A stretch of 64,000 nt of DNA from the human T2T-CHM13v2.0 reference genome, Homo sapiens. A program made the translations under genes and the position numbers. The number at the start of each line of letters is the position of its first letter. The stretch's first letter is position 1. The stretch lies in the NCBI RefSeq assembly GCF_009914755.1, contig NC_060930.1; one strand, given 5' to 3'. A model generated the notes under the pieces. That model saw only the letters and a program-made list of their open reading frames with translations, did not search any database and was not told the DNA's origin. Of the stretch, positions 32,466-44,700 are shown piece after piece.

Positions 32466-33356
32466 TGAACTCAAACAAATTTACAAGAAAAAAACAAACA
32501 ACCCCATCAAAAAGTGGGCAAAGGATATGAACAGACACTTCTTAAAAGAAGACATTTATGCAGTCAAAAAACACATGAAAAAATGCTCATCATCACTGGC
32601 CATCAGAGAAATGCAAATCAAAACCACAATGAGATATCATCTCACACCAGTTAGAATGGCAATCATTAAAAAGTCAGGAAACAACAGGTGCTGGAGAGGA
32701 TGTGGGAAATAGGAACACTTTTACACTGTTCATGGGACTGTAAACTAGTTCAACCTTTGTGGAAGTCAGTGTGGCGATTCCTCAGGGATCTAGAACTAGA
32801 AATACCATTTGACCCAGCCATCCCATTACTGGATATATACCCAAAGGATTATAACTCATGCTGCTATAAAGACACATGAACACGTATGTTTATAGCGGCA
32901 CTATTCACAACAGCAAAGACTTGGAACCAATCTAAATGTCCATCAATGATAGACTGGATTAAGAAAATGTGGTACATACACACCATGGAATACTATGCAG
33001 CCATAAAAAAGGATGAGTTCATGTCCTTTGTAGGGACATGGTTGAAACTGGAAACCATCATTCTCAGCAAACTATCGCAAGGACAAAAAACCAAACACCG
33101 CATGTTCTCACTCAGAGGTGGGAATTGAACAATGAGAACACATGGACACAGGAAGGGGAACATCACACACTGGGGACTGTTGTGGGGTGGGGGGAGGGGG
33201 GAGGGATAGCATTAGGAGATATACATAATGCTAAATGACGAGTTAACGGGTGCAGCACACCAACATGGCACATGTATACATATGTAACAAACCTGCACGT
33301 TGTGCACATGTACCCTAAAACTTAAAGTACAATAATAATAAAATTAAAAAAAAAAA
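32466..33356 (+). mobile_element. 5'-truncated young L1PA (L1PA3/4-like) inserted in HERV-L pol
   Basis: L1 ORF2 C-terminus, 3'UTR and A tail; perfect 17-bp TSD agaaaggtactgtagca at 32449-32465 and 33357-33373. Confidence 0.97.
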
Positions 33357-34247
33357 AGAAAGGTACTGTAGCACTGCAGCTCTCCACTTTTGCATGGTGC
33401 CTGCATATTCTGCAGAAACATCTGTGAACCAGGTCCTAGTCTTCTCTTCCTCTGTCAACTGATCATAGGGAACTCTCCATGAGGCCATCGGTGCAGACTG
33501 GTGGCGAGAAGGCAGGAGTGTAGACCATAGGCATTTGAGCCACTTCCTCATGTAACTTGCTTGTGCTTTCAGGACCTGTTTGAGCCCGATCATGTGTATA
33601 CCACTTCCATTTGATGAAGGAATGCTGCTGTGCACAACCTACTTTATGGCTAGATGGGCCAGAAAGGATCCAGTTCATGATAGACAGTTCAGGTCACATG
33701 GTGACTTGATGATCCATAGTCAAACGTTCAGTTTCCACCAAAGCCCAGTAACAAACCAAGAACTGTCTCCCAAAAGGAGAGTAGTTATCTGCAGAAGATG
33801 GCTGGGCCTTGCTCCAAAATCCTAGAGGCCTCTGCTATGATTCACTTAAGGGGGCCTACCAAAGGCTCCAAAGAGCATCCTTATCTGCCACTGACACCTC
33901 AAGCACCATTGGATCTGCTGGGTCATATGGCCCAATAGGCAGAGCAGCTTTCCCAGCAGTCTAGACCTGTTGCAGAGCCTTCTCCTGTTCTGGACCCATT
34001 TCAAACTGGCAGCCTTTTAAGTCACTCGATAAATGGGCTGGAGTAACACACCCAAATGAGGAATGTGTTGCCTCCAAAATCCAAATAGGCCCACTAGGCA
34101 TTGTGCCTCTTTCTTGGTTGTAGATGGAGCTAAATGCAGCAACTTATCCTTCACCTTAGAAGAAATATCTTGACAGGCCCCACACCACTGGACCCCTAGA
34201 AATTTTACTGAGGTAGAAGGTCCTTAAATTTTAGTCAGATTTATTTC

Positions 34248-34739
34248 TCATCCTCTGGCATGCAAATGTCTCACCAATAAGTCCAGTGGGTTTACTGCTT
34301 CTTGATCACTGGATCGAATCAGCATAATGTCATCAATATAATAGACCAGTGTGATATCTTGTGGAAATGAAAAGCAATCAAGTTCTCTCTGAATAAGATT
34401 ATAACACAAAGCCAGAGAGCTGATATGCTCCTGAGGTAGGATGGTAAAAGTATATTTCTGGCCTTGCCAGCTGAAGGCAAATTGTTTCTGATGGGCCTTA
34501 TGGACAGGAATGGAGAAAAAGGCATTTGCCAAGTCAGTGACTGCATACCAAGTACCAGGAGATGTAATTTGCTCAAGCAATGAAACCACATCTGGTACAG
34601 CAGCTGCAATTGGAGTCACCACTTGGTTAAGCTTATGATAATCCACTGTCATTCTCCAAGAGCCATCTGTCTTCTGCACAGGCCAAATATGAGAGTTGAA
34701 CAGGAATGTGGTGGGAATCCCCACCCCTGTGTCTTTCAA
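34248..34739 (-). pseudogene. HERV-L reverse-transcriptase remnant
   Basis: 'IWPVQKTDGSWRMTVDY', 'DLANAFFSIP', 'QFAFSWQG..LPQ', 'YIDD'. Confidence 0.93.
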
Positions 34740-36476
34740 GTCCTTGATGGCGGCACTAATCTCCGCAATCCCTCCAGGGATGCAAATTGTTTTTAATTTA
34801 CTGTTTTTCTAGGTAGAGACAGCTCTAGTGGTTTCCATTTGGCCTTTCCCACCATAATAGCCCTCACCCTACCAGTCAGGGATCCAGTGTGAGGGTTATG
34901 CCAGCTGCTATGTGTATCTATTTATGTCCAATTATGCATTCTGACACCAAAGAAATGACCACAGGATGAGTCTGGGGACCCACTGGACCCACTGTAGGTT
35001 GGACCTGACCTAAAGCTCCATTAATTTACCTGACCTCCATAAGCCCTTACTTTAACTGGAGAACTACAATGATGTTTTGGGTCCCCTGGAATCAGTGTCA
35101 GCTCAGAGCCAGTGTTCAGTAGTCCCCAAAATGTCTGATCATTTCCCTTTCCCCAGTGCACAGTTACCCTGGTAAAAGGCCAGAGGTCTCCTGGGAAAGG
35201 ATGGGAGAAAGATTAGCAGCATAAATTGTCAGTAGTGTAGTGGGGTCCTTGCTTAACGGGAACCAGCTTTCCCTTCATTCAAGGGGTTCTGGGTCTGTAA
35301 ACTGGCTCAAGTCTGGAAATTGATTGAGGGGTTTTGATTCTCTGTTTCTGTAATTCAAATTAGTTTTTTTCCATTCAACCTGAAAGGTTTCTGCTTATAT
35401 AAATTAAGTGGGAATGCAGTAGGCTTCCTATCAATTTCACTTCTAGGAATATCATGATTAATTAGCCAAAGCTACAGCTCTACATGAGTCAGACTATTCT
35501 GATTGCTGCTTTGCCTCTGCTGTCCATTATGGTAGCTATGCCCACCTTGCCTGTGATGTTTCAGTGCTGACACTTGGCCCCTGCAACCTCAGGATCCAAT
35601 TATTCCCATTGCATTTAAATTTTGTAGTTGAGTGACTGTGGTTCCCACTGTTAGATCTGACATACAGAGAAGGGCAATTACAGGGCTCTTCAAAGATGCA
35701 GATGCTGCCCTCACAAGTCTATTTCACAAAGCATTGGTTAAGGGTACATCTTCTGGGCCCTCCCAGCTGGGTTGAGTAGGTCTAAAGTGACTAATCCACT
35801 CCACCATCCCAATCTCCCTAAGCCTTTGGATCCCTTCCTCTACATTAAAGCAAGGGAGATCAGGCATTTCCAGCTTGCTCACAGTGGGCCATCTTTTAAT
35901 CCATATTTCAGCTAACCAAGCAAATTAACTCTTAAAACCTTTTTCAAGTCCCCAAGCTGCAACAATAAATGCAGAATCCCTACTTAGTGGGCCCAAATCA
36001 ATAAATTCAGCCTGATTTAACTCTATGTTCCACAATTATCCTACACCTTAATATCCACTCCCATGCCTATTCTCCAGATTTCTGCTTATATAGATTAGAA
36101 AACTCAAGCAGTTCTTTCTGAGTGTAGTGCACTCTGAACCTCACCTCTAGGGGCCTGCCAGGACTTTAGTCTAGTTATAGGTCTAGAAGCAAACAGGGCC
36201 ATTGTGGGTGGCTTCTGAGGAGAATCAACACTATCTTGCCTGGCAACTGCCTCAGGGAGGCAATCAGTGTTGCCTCAGGCAGTGCAGGGTTTATCTCCTC
36301 AGACAAAGGTGAAAAGGTTGATGGCAGTGTGGGTCAGGGAGGGGATGTTGCCACTACCGGGGATGGGGAAGCTGTTTCTTCTGTCAAAAAATATTCACCA
36401 GCATTTACAAGCTAAGTGTCCTGAGCTTCTCAGGGTCCTCCCACACGTCCCCATTCCAAGTGGCAGGGTCCCATTC

Positions 36477-36905
36477 TTATCCAGTGAATGCTGTCAATTT
36501 AACAGTAGACACCTTGCGAGGCTGTGCATCCACCTCTTGTTGTAGGTCAGCCACTTGCATGGTATGAGCTTGTGCCTGTTTTTCCACAATTTCAGCTCTT
36601 TCTCTACAGGAGATAAGATTCTCACTCAGGGAAGTCTTAGCAGATTTAAGGCTCCGTATCTGCTTCTGAAGCCAAGAGTTAGAATCCCTGAGTTCATAAT
36701 TTTCTTTCATCACTTTGTCCAGTGAACTTTGGAACAACCAAACAGCTTCATTATGTTCCCTGGTTCTCCACATATGGTCAAAGCTGTTATGTATAAAGTC
36801 ACTAAACCTCTTGCCTCTCATGAGCAGTAAATAAGGAGTGTCACATGAAATTATTTTGTATAACTTTCTAAACAGTTCATGCCAAGGACTATCAGTGTTC
36901 TCCAT
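36477..36905 (-). pseudogene. HERV-L gag N-terminal remnant
   Basis: 'ENTDSPWHELFRKL..SSLDKVMKEN..SLSENLISCRERAEIVEKQ' directly downstream of the PBS. Confidence 0.85.
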
Positions 36906-37019
36906 ATTATTAGAAGTAGAATCCTTAACATTTTTGGGTCAAATCATATTAAGCAGCCAACTCCAGAAACCCCAAAACCAACAAAAGAACTCTATCCTTA
37001 ATATTCTGTTCCTCTAGAA

Positions 37020-37034
37020 CCACTCCTGGTACCA
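37020..37034 (-). promoter_or_regulatory. HERV-L primer-binding site (tRNA-Leu type)
   Basis: Minus strand reads TGGTACCAGGAGTGG a few bases after the 5' LTR end. Confidence 0.8.
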
Positions 37035-37039
37035 AAATC

Positions 37040-37483
37040 TGTATTAGTCAGGGTTATCTAGAGGGATAGAACTAATAGGATATATATATAAAGGGGAGTG
37101 TATTAAGTGGTATTAACTCGCACAATCACAAGGTCCCACAAGAGGCCATCCACAAGCTGAGGAGCAAGGAAGCCAGTCCCAGTTCCAAAGGTGAAGAACT
37201 TGAGGTCTGATTTTTGAAGGTAGGAAGCATCCAGCACGGGAGAAAGATGCTGGCTGGGAGGCTAAGCCAGTCTAGTCTTTTCGCATTTTTCTGCCTGCTT
37301 TATATCCTGACCACATGGGCAGCTAATTAGATGGTGCCCATCCAGATTAAGGGTGGGTCTGCCTTTGCCAGCCCACTCACTCAAATGTTAATCTCCTTTG
37401 GTGACACCCTCACAGACACATCCAGGATCAATACTTTGCATCCTTCAATCCAATCAAGTTGACACTCAGTTTTAACCATCACA
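37040..37483 (-). mobile_element. MLT2A 5' LTR, complete
   Basis: Minus strand starts TGTGATGGTTAAAACTGAGTGTCAACTTGATTGGATTGAAGG and ends CCCTGACTAATACA. Confidence 0.94.
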
Positions 37484-40096
37484 AGTATGCTGTTATAGTA
37501 GCAGAAAACAGACTGAGACACTATTCTTCATGAACAAATGGGGAGCAACAGACCCAGGGTCTGAGGGTCTTGTGGCTTGTGTTTCTTTTTCCCACCATGA
37601 GAATGAAATTGTCCTGAGCCACTGACAGTCTTCCACTACTGGTTGTACAATGACTGTCCATGTTACGCATATAGTATTCTTTCCAGCCCTGGCCCTATCA
37701 ATAATATATCTGGTTTGTTCATAAATCATGCATTGGGTGATTTATTAATGTAAGGAGAAACTAAAACAGGTTTCCAGAACAAGGATAAGGATTTCCCTCT
37801 GCCCTGCCCATGTCACCCACTACTGGTCCTTATTTGATATTCGTCTTGTCTTGCTAACTCTAGACCATGGCTCTGATGCCAGCTTCTGGCCCCGCTTCTG
37901 TCTTGGTGACTCTCTAAACTCCATTCCCGGCTTAGAAACCCTGGTTTTCCTATGCTGAGTCTGCCTTCATGCCCTATTGCCACCCAGAGATAAGACCTCA
38001 TGGTCCTGCAGAGGTCCCCGTGCCTCAGAGTCTCCTGGGCTTCCACCTTCTCTCCTGTCCTCTATATGTCCTTGTCCTTGTTCTTCTTGGAGCCTCATTG
38101 CTGCAAAACTTTTTTCTCCTGTCAGTTTCTCCCTAGTCTTCCTGTTCTGACTGATTCTGATGTTGATTTTTGGCTCCAGAGTCTACAGCCTTATCCCTCC
38201 TCTATGCTAGGCCAGCTCCCAGAACCCAGGCCAAGTCCAGATCCCTGGAGACCCATTGCCACACAAAGGAATTTGAAGTCCAGCTTTGCTTTTTCCCTCC
38301 AAATGAACTTGCATGTTATGTTAGATAAAAGACCCACACTCTAGCCCGACTCTGCAGTCTCACAGGTTCACCTTTCCAACAAAGGTGCGAGGTCAGGGTT
38401 TGGTGACTAAGTGTAGCAGGCTAGAACAGTTGGAAGTTATCTGGCCCAACACTCAGCCTGTCGCTGTGGCATCACTAGCACCCTATAGTAACCTTTGTTA
38501 ACCAGACCCCTGGGTTCAGCCTGTTAGCCTCCCTCTTGGTCTGAGAAAACAACCAGCTACCCAAGATCAAGAATGCCACGTGCAAAAACTAGCAAGAGAT
38601 CATGTATTCTGCTGGCCTCATTACCTGATTTAACCCTTGTCTAGGAGCATCTGTGTGAAGGCCAGGCCTGAGAAAGTGGTCACACACACATGGATCCCTT
38701 CATCTTTCTTTACTTTTAGGTGGTGATTTTTTTTTCTTGGTATTTCAGAATGAGGAGGTCTTTCAAATGGCTGGTGTCTTAAACCCTTCAAAACAATTTG
38801 TTTAAAATAAACTTAATTTAAACAATTTTGTATGAAGCAAATTAGGCAGAAATGATATTTTGATAGTGAAATGTGAGTAATTTCCTAAACATAGCACTTT
38901 GTCCATTGCGGAAATGTTTTCCAGTTTTTCCTGAGACCTCAACAGTATGTCAGCAGAAATTGCAACATCACGAAGGCGATTTTAAAAGGCTGGGCCATCA
39001 GATGTCATATCTGAGAAATACAGTTAAAAGGCTGGTGAAGAATTAAGGATTCTATGATTCCAACTGGAAACACTGAAATCTCCAAATTCTTCATTTCAAC
39101 TGGATTCCAACCAAGTGAAAACACATTGAGAAATTAGGCCTTGCTCTAATCAGACAGAGGTAAGTTGAGAAGTATAGAGTGGTGGGAGGTAGCAGTTTCC
39201 TGGATGACAAAGTTCCTGGGCTCTCTCTGGGCTTCTGTGGTGGTGAGACTTGCCTAGAATTGCCACCATTCACAAGCAAGTATCTAAGGCCACCTCTGGT
39301 CCCAGGAGCACAGGCCAAAGGGAAAGTGCCAGAATGGGTTGGCCTGTGTTCACGCCCATGTTCGGTCCTGAGTTCTGTCTGAATCAGTGATCCCAATAAG
39401 CGGGCCGCATGGGGGCATGGCTGTCCTCCAAAGACTTCAGTCATTAAAGTTGTATGGTGTTCCCTTAAATCATCCAGTTACTCACTCACTTTGAATTGAT
39501 TATGCATTAATTACTCTAAGTCTTGAGTAGACGCATACCTTGAACAGATGCATACACCATGTCTAATTCCTCCTCTGGACACATGAGGGCTCCAAGATCC
39601 TGGTTCCACTTGGGATATGATATCTCCAAACCCAGACCTGGACATGGGTGGAGGTAGGGGACCGGGAGCAGTACTTGATCACTGGATGCAATGAAGCAGC
39701 CAGTGGGAGTCAACATGCCCTGCATAAGCTAAACAAAAAGACAGGCACACGGTCTAACTGCGTTCCTGATCAAACGAGGAGGGCAGGAAAGCCGTGCTCA
39801 GGTAGGAGGCAATGGGAGAGAGACTCAGGAAGAGTGAGGTGGTTCTGAGCAAAGAGTGAGAGAGACAGTCTTGAGAAATAAAGAATTCACAAGCAACTTC
39901 TCAAATAAACAGCCTTTTGTAGCCTCATCAACATGTGACTACAGAATAAACTGCACTTCCTTTTAATGTCATGGTTATACAATGAAGTCCCCTAGCGCTA
40001 CAATGGCCAGTAATAGCATATAGCACCCTCTGATTACATCTCCCTAGACAATTTTTTTAGCATGTCTTAAAACATGCTACAAGATACTATTATACT

Positions 40097-40565
40097 TGTA
40101 TTAGTTATCTGCTTCTGTAATCACAAGATAGTGATTTAAAACACACATTTACTATTTCATAGTTGCTGTGAGTCAGGAATCCACGCACACCTTACTTGGG
40201 AGCCTTGTCTTCAGGGTCTGTCACAGGCTGCAATCTGGTTATCAGCCAGGGCCAAGGTGTCTGGGAAAGGCTCGACTGAGTGAGGGTCCACACAGCTCAA
40301 GTGGCTGTGGGCAGGATTCAGGTCCTTGCCACATGGGACTCTCCACCATGGCTTCTTGAGACCAAGTGGAGAAGGCAGGAGAGATTGCTGGCAAGACAGC
40401 AGTCACAGTCTTGTATATCCTCATCATGGAAGTGACATGCCACCACCTTTGCCACATCCTGTTGGTTAGGAGCAAGTCACAGGTTCACACTCAAGGGGAG
40501 GGCATAGCACAGCCGTGAATGCCAAGGTGGGTTCATCCAAGCCATTTCACAAGCTGCCTACTGTG
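40097..40565 (-). mobile_element. MaLR solo LTR (MLT1F/G-like)
   Basis: 'tgtattagttatctgc..tttaaaacacacatttactatttcatag..gagtcaggaatcc..ggaagtgacatgccaccacctttgccacatcctgttggttagg'. Confidence 0.8.
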
Positions 40566-40659
40566 CTGGGCTGCCAGGATAAACCCCTACATCTCCTGCT
40601 TCCCTGCCTTACCCTCATTGCTGCCTTGATGCCACCTTGGCTGCAGTGACCCTAGGGAC

Positions 40660-41720
40660 GTCCCCACACTTGTGCCTGGAGCTCCCAGAGCCCGTGACAG
40701 ATTGGGCTCTGCCCGAAACACACTTCACCAAGAGCCTCTGAGTTTAGGAAAGCACACCTCGCAGCATAGCTGCGGCTGCTCCCGAAGGGCCTTCTCCTGG
40801 GGTCCACACGCAGCCCCAGCCTGGCCCCAGGGTTGCTCTCCCAGGAGCTCCTACCTGCATCCTAGCCCACACCCTCGTGGAGCTGCTCACAGTCCAGCCG
40901 CTCTCCCTGCCCCTTCCCCTCCCGCTCAGGTCTTCCCTTCCTGACCTCCCTGCCCTGCCCCGGGGCTGAGCTTTTCCTCAATGGCTAAGGCTGGGAACAT
41001 CCCTCCCACGCCCACCCGGCGTGCGTGATTGGTGGTCACTGAGGATCACCGTCCTCCAAACGCGACGATGCAAGACGCTCTGGAATCACCCGTCCTCAGT
41101 CCCCCAGTCCTACGGTTCACCGAGGATGTCATGGCCCCAGGGGGTGTGGTGATGTTCAGCGCCTTTTGGTATTCTATTCTTTCCTCCAGAGTCGTGGGGA
41201 GGACACCAGCCAGATGTCCCTGCGGGTCTCCTCAGCTCCTGAGCTCCTGGGAGTGAGAAGAAGTTTCCTGGCATGGGCAGCCTAATTCCAGGAGGGAACG
41301 GTCCTGGGAAATGCCCAGTCCACACCATGGGACACGGCGCCTCGGCCCGAAGCTTCATTATTTGGGTGATTTCGCTGCATGCAAGGTTTGGCCATCCCCC
41401 CGGGACCAAAGGGAGATTGGAAGATATCCTCATACCTACCTCAGAAGGCAAAACCTCTTTAGGGCTTAAAATGTCTGCCTTTCCAGCTTCAAAATAATGC
41501 GAAGTCACATCAGGCGCCTTCTGCAGGCCCGGAGCGCAGGGAGGGGCAGTCAGGAGGCCTGGTTCTGTTGTCCTGTTGAAGAGCAGATGCTGTTGATGTG
41601 CTTTTTGTGAGATAAAGCAGCCCTGCAACATGCTTAGGTTCCCTTTATTTCTTCCGAACTTCATGAGGCACTTTCTCCTGCTGTTCCAGGATGGAGTGAA
41701 GGCGCCTAGCAGCCACCGTG
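40660..41720. promoter_or_regulatory. GC/CpG-enriched unique region with promoter-like motifs
   Basis: CpGs visibly denser than in flanks; CCACGCCC 41006-41013, GCGTGCGTG 41019-41027, ATTGG (reverse CCAAT) 41028-41032. Confidence 0.45.
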
Positions 41721-43029
41721 CACCTGGCTCCAAGCTCAGTCAACACTTCAACCAGCCATCACCATCCCTGCTGGGGAGGAGGGCAGAAGCCACGGTGGGG
41801 GCAGGTGCATGTGTCTCCCTGTGGGTCACAGCAGTCCTCCTCCCCGAGATGCTGACATCTCCCACCCATGCTGAGACCCCGGCATTAGGGAGGAAGATGT
41901 GTGTGATGGGTGCAGAGGTGACAGCACCTGACCCAAGCCTGCCCCCACTTCCCATCGCCCCACAGTGCACAAGGCAATTTCCAGGTTGCCTTCTGTGGCG
42001 TGTGTCACTTGGGTGGGGGCAGGACGGGTAGAAAGATGAAGAGGAGGCAGGGATTCTGGTCTGAGGTCTGCCTGATGGAAGGGCCAACACCACTTTTCAG
42101 GAGGTCCCCAGCCCTGGCTGTGTGAAAGGCTGAGAAGGCAGAGAATCTTGCTGGTGAAGGGTGGGAGAATAATTTTTCTTGCTTTAGCTTGGTCTGTGAA
42201 AAATTAAACAATGTCAGATGAAAACACTGCCAAGCACAAGTTTATGCACTTCAAAGAATTTTTATTTTTTCAATCAGAGGAGACATGAAATCCCAGACTC
42301 TAGACTCTCTATTTCAGTTCCAAATTGTCAAAGTGCTGATGTTGCAGTCTTTCCTCGAGTTTGTTTGGAGAAAGCAGCAAACGTATGAAAAGGAAAAACT
42401 GTATTTTACCCAAATGAGCTCCCTGAATTTGTAGAGTGTATGATTAAGTGGAGCCTTGTTGGAACAAGAATCATTTTACATTCCTAAAGGGTGATTCTTT
42501 GCAACTCTTTGGTCTCAGAACTGGCAAGACCCTGGACGAATGATGGGAAGAAGAATTCAAAAATAATAGAGAATCTGGGGCTTACTGTGGGAAGGATGGC
42601 CGGCGGGCACTGCATGGATGCTGGCTGACTCTGTTAGCCCCCATGACACCGGCGTGGATCAGGGTCATGCCTTAGGCAGGCAGCCCTGCCCTGGGGGATC
42701 CTAGAGGACAGACCCGGGGTGGTAGATCCCACTCATCCCCAGCCGGGTGCCCTGTGCAGAGAACAAATGCAAAGCTCTCCTGAGGTCCCTGCATCTCCCT
42801 GTTATTAAACTTCCTGTCTGCATATCCACCAAGCACTCCCTGGCATGTGGACTGCTAACATGAAATTCCTTCCTTCCACAAGCACTAAACTAGAACCTCT
42901 AGGGGCTGGTCAGCGTCTCTAGGGAATTATGGGGGAAATAGATATGCAAACGACGGCACCTGGAGAGGAAAGGGTACCCTGAGGCACCTTCCAGAGGGAC
43001 GTCTCTAGATCCTAGCTCAAGGAGCTGCA

Positions 43030-43850
43030 GGGGAGGGCAGCATGGGTGTCAAAACCGAGTTTGGAAGGGTGACCAGGAGTTTGCCAGTAGACAAGGAAAG
43101 GAAGGCATTCCAGGCAGAGCAGGAGCCTAGCACAGGCAAAGCAGGAGCAACACGCTTTAGGCAACACCATTAGAAAGTCTGTGTGTTTTGGAAAGTCCTC
43201 GGCATGTAACACTCTTCATACTTTTATTTCTAAGTGGCTTTTCTTGGGAAATAAAAAAGACTCTAGTGATGTGTAATTGCTGTGTAGGCCTCTTAAAACT
43301 CAAGGAAACATTCAATGAATAATTTTGCTGGGGTCAAAGAGAAAAAACCAGAACCAAAAAAAAAAAAAAAGAAAAAAGAAAATTAACGGAAGTAATGGCA
43401 CTGAGCCTGTCCTCAGGGCACTTCCGGTCTAATGAAGAACAGCTGTGAGAACACACCACATGCTGCTGTTTGTGGCCTGTTCTAGGAGTATGGTCAGGGA
43501 GGCGAGGTGCCCCAGAACCCTGGAGAAGCAGGGGAGGCTCCCTGGGGACCAGCAGAGGCCAGGCTTGAAATGGCTCCTAAAGAAAGTGTGGGAGTGGTCA
43601 GGGAAACCTCTGTGGGTGGGGTAGATTCAGACGGAGGGCTCCTTGGTGTCTGAGGTATGGCAGGTGTGGGTGAGCACAGGTGGGAAGGAGGATGGGAAGG
43701 GGAAGGGACAGAGGTCAGGGAAGAGGTGACGAAGGTGAGATTAGGAGGGTAGCCAGCCAGGCATTGAGGGTGGAGGAGCCAAACCAATGCGTTGGATTTT
43801 ATGCTATGTCAGTGGAGGGCCAATGAAGGATTTAGTCTGAGGAGTAGCAA
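43030..43850 (-). mobile_element. L2 fragments
   Basis: 'aggagtttgccagtagacaaggaaaggaaggcattccaggcagag', 'gttggattttatgctatgtcagtggagggccaatgaaggattt'. Confidence 0.6.
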
Positions 43851-44544
43851 TAGCGGCTTTAAAAAACAGTGTGCATTGCTCTTTTCTTGAGTATAAAGTA
43901 ATGCATGCTCATTGAAGAAAACATGGAGCATGTAGAAAGCACTAAGAAGAAAGTTAAAATGCAGAAAATTTAAGATAAATAAGAACTCACAATCCCATTA
44001 TCTGAAAGAATGATAAGCACATCAAACTGTGAGCATTTGGTCTTTTTCCTCCTGTCTTCCAGAGATACCATAGTTGACATTGTTGGCAGAGGATGAGAAG
44101 AGAGACCACTGAGAGACCGCCCTACCAGTCAAGGTGAAAGGTGGAGCTGGGGCAGGAGTTCAAACATAGAATTTTCAGCAGGTTACCAAGTAGTCATGGT
44201 TTGGCTGAAGGTCTGCTGACTTTCTTCCCAGTGAAGAAAATGACATTAATATGCAGTGTTATCTGAGAAATTCAAAAATATTGTGAAACTGTGCTCAACA
44301 GCCAGAAGCTATTACTCATCTTTTCATTGGTTTCCTTTTCATAATGTTTAAAATATTAGCCTAAAGAAGGGAGAGCACAGAATTAAGTGGTAAGAAATCT
44401 ACGGATCATGAAAATCGTTAATGGCCTTGAGGGACTGTATTGCTTTCTTATTCCTGGAGACGGGGAGTTTTAATCTCTCATCCCTGTCCTCGTCTCACGC
44501 GACCCTGGTGATTTCAGAATTACAACATGTTTTGACCCCCAGAA

Positions 44545-44700
44545 CTCTCTACAGTGCTGGAAGGAAAGGATTCTTGAAATGAGCCAGAGCTGGTTTAGGA
44601 GAAAACCGAGACCCTGAGAGGTAATGAGATGTGACCAGGGGTCCCAGACCAGCTGGAAGAGAGAAGGGGGCGAACCTCAGCCTCACAACCTCCAGGTTCA
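44545..44700 (-). mobile_element. MIR-family relic
   Basis: 'ggagaaaaccgagaccctgagaggtaatgagatgtgaccaggggtcccagaccagctgg'. Confidence 0.55.

Larger units (their letters stand above)
31412..37483 (-). mobile_element. HERV-L provirus with MLT2A LTRs; 3' region deleted; interrupted by an L1PA
   Basis: Complete 5' LTR, PBS, gag-pro-RT-RNaseH-IN remnants, 3' LTR stub 31412-~31455; 5-bp TSD ggtat (31407-31411) / agtat (37484-37488). Confidence 0.95.
31088..37520 (+). mobile_element. MaLR LTR (MST/MLT1A-like) split into 31088-31411 and 37484-37520 by HERV-L
   Basis: Left part tgctatggtttgaatatgtcccc..tataaattacccagt..gtctgtggtat; right part agtatgctgttatagtagcagaaaacagactgagaca completes the LTR 3' end. 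Confidence 0.87.

Noticed and set aside
31412-37483. HERV-L as an intact or domesticated retroviral gene
   Set aside because: Multiple stops and frameshifts, a mutated protease site, an L1 insertion in pol and a 3' deletion
41110-41733. 207-aa minus-strand ORF as a gene
   Set aside because: It starts at TTG, has no recognisable domain, and long ORFs overlap on both strands as expected in GC-rich DNA
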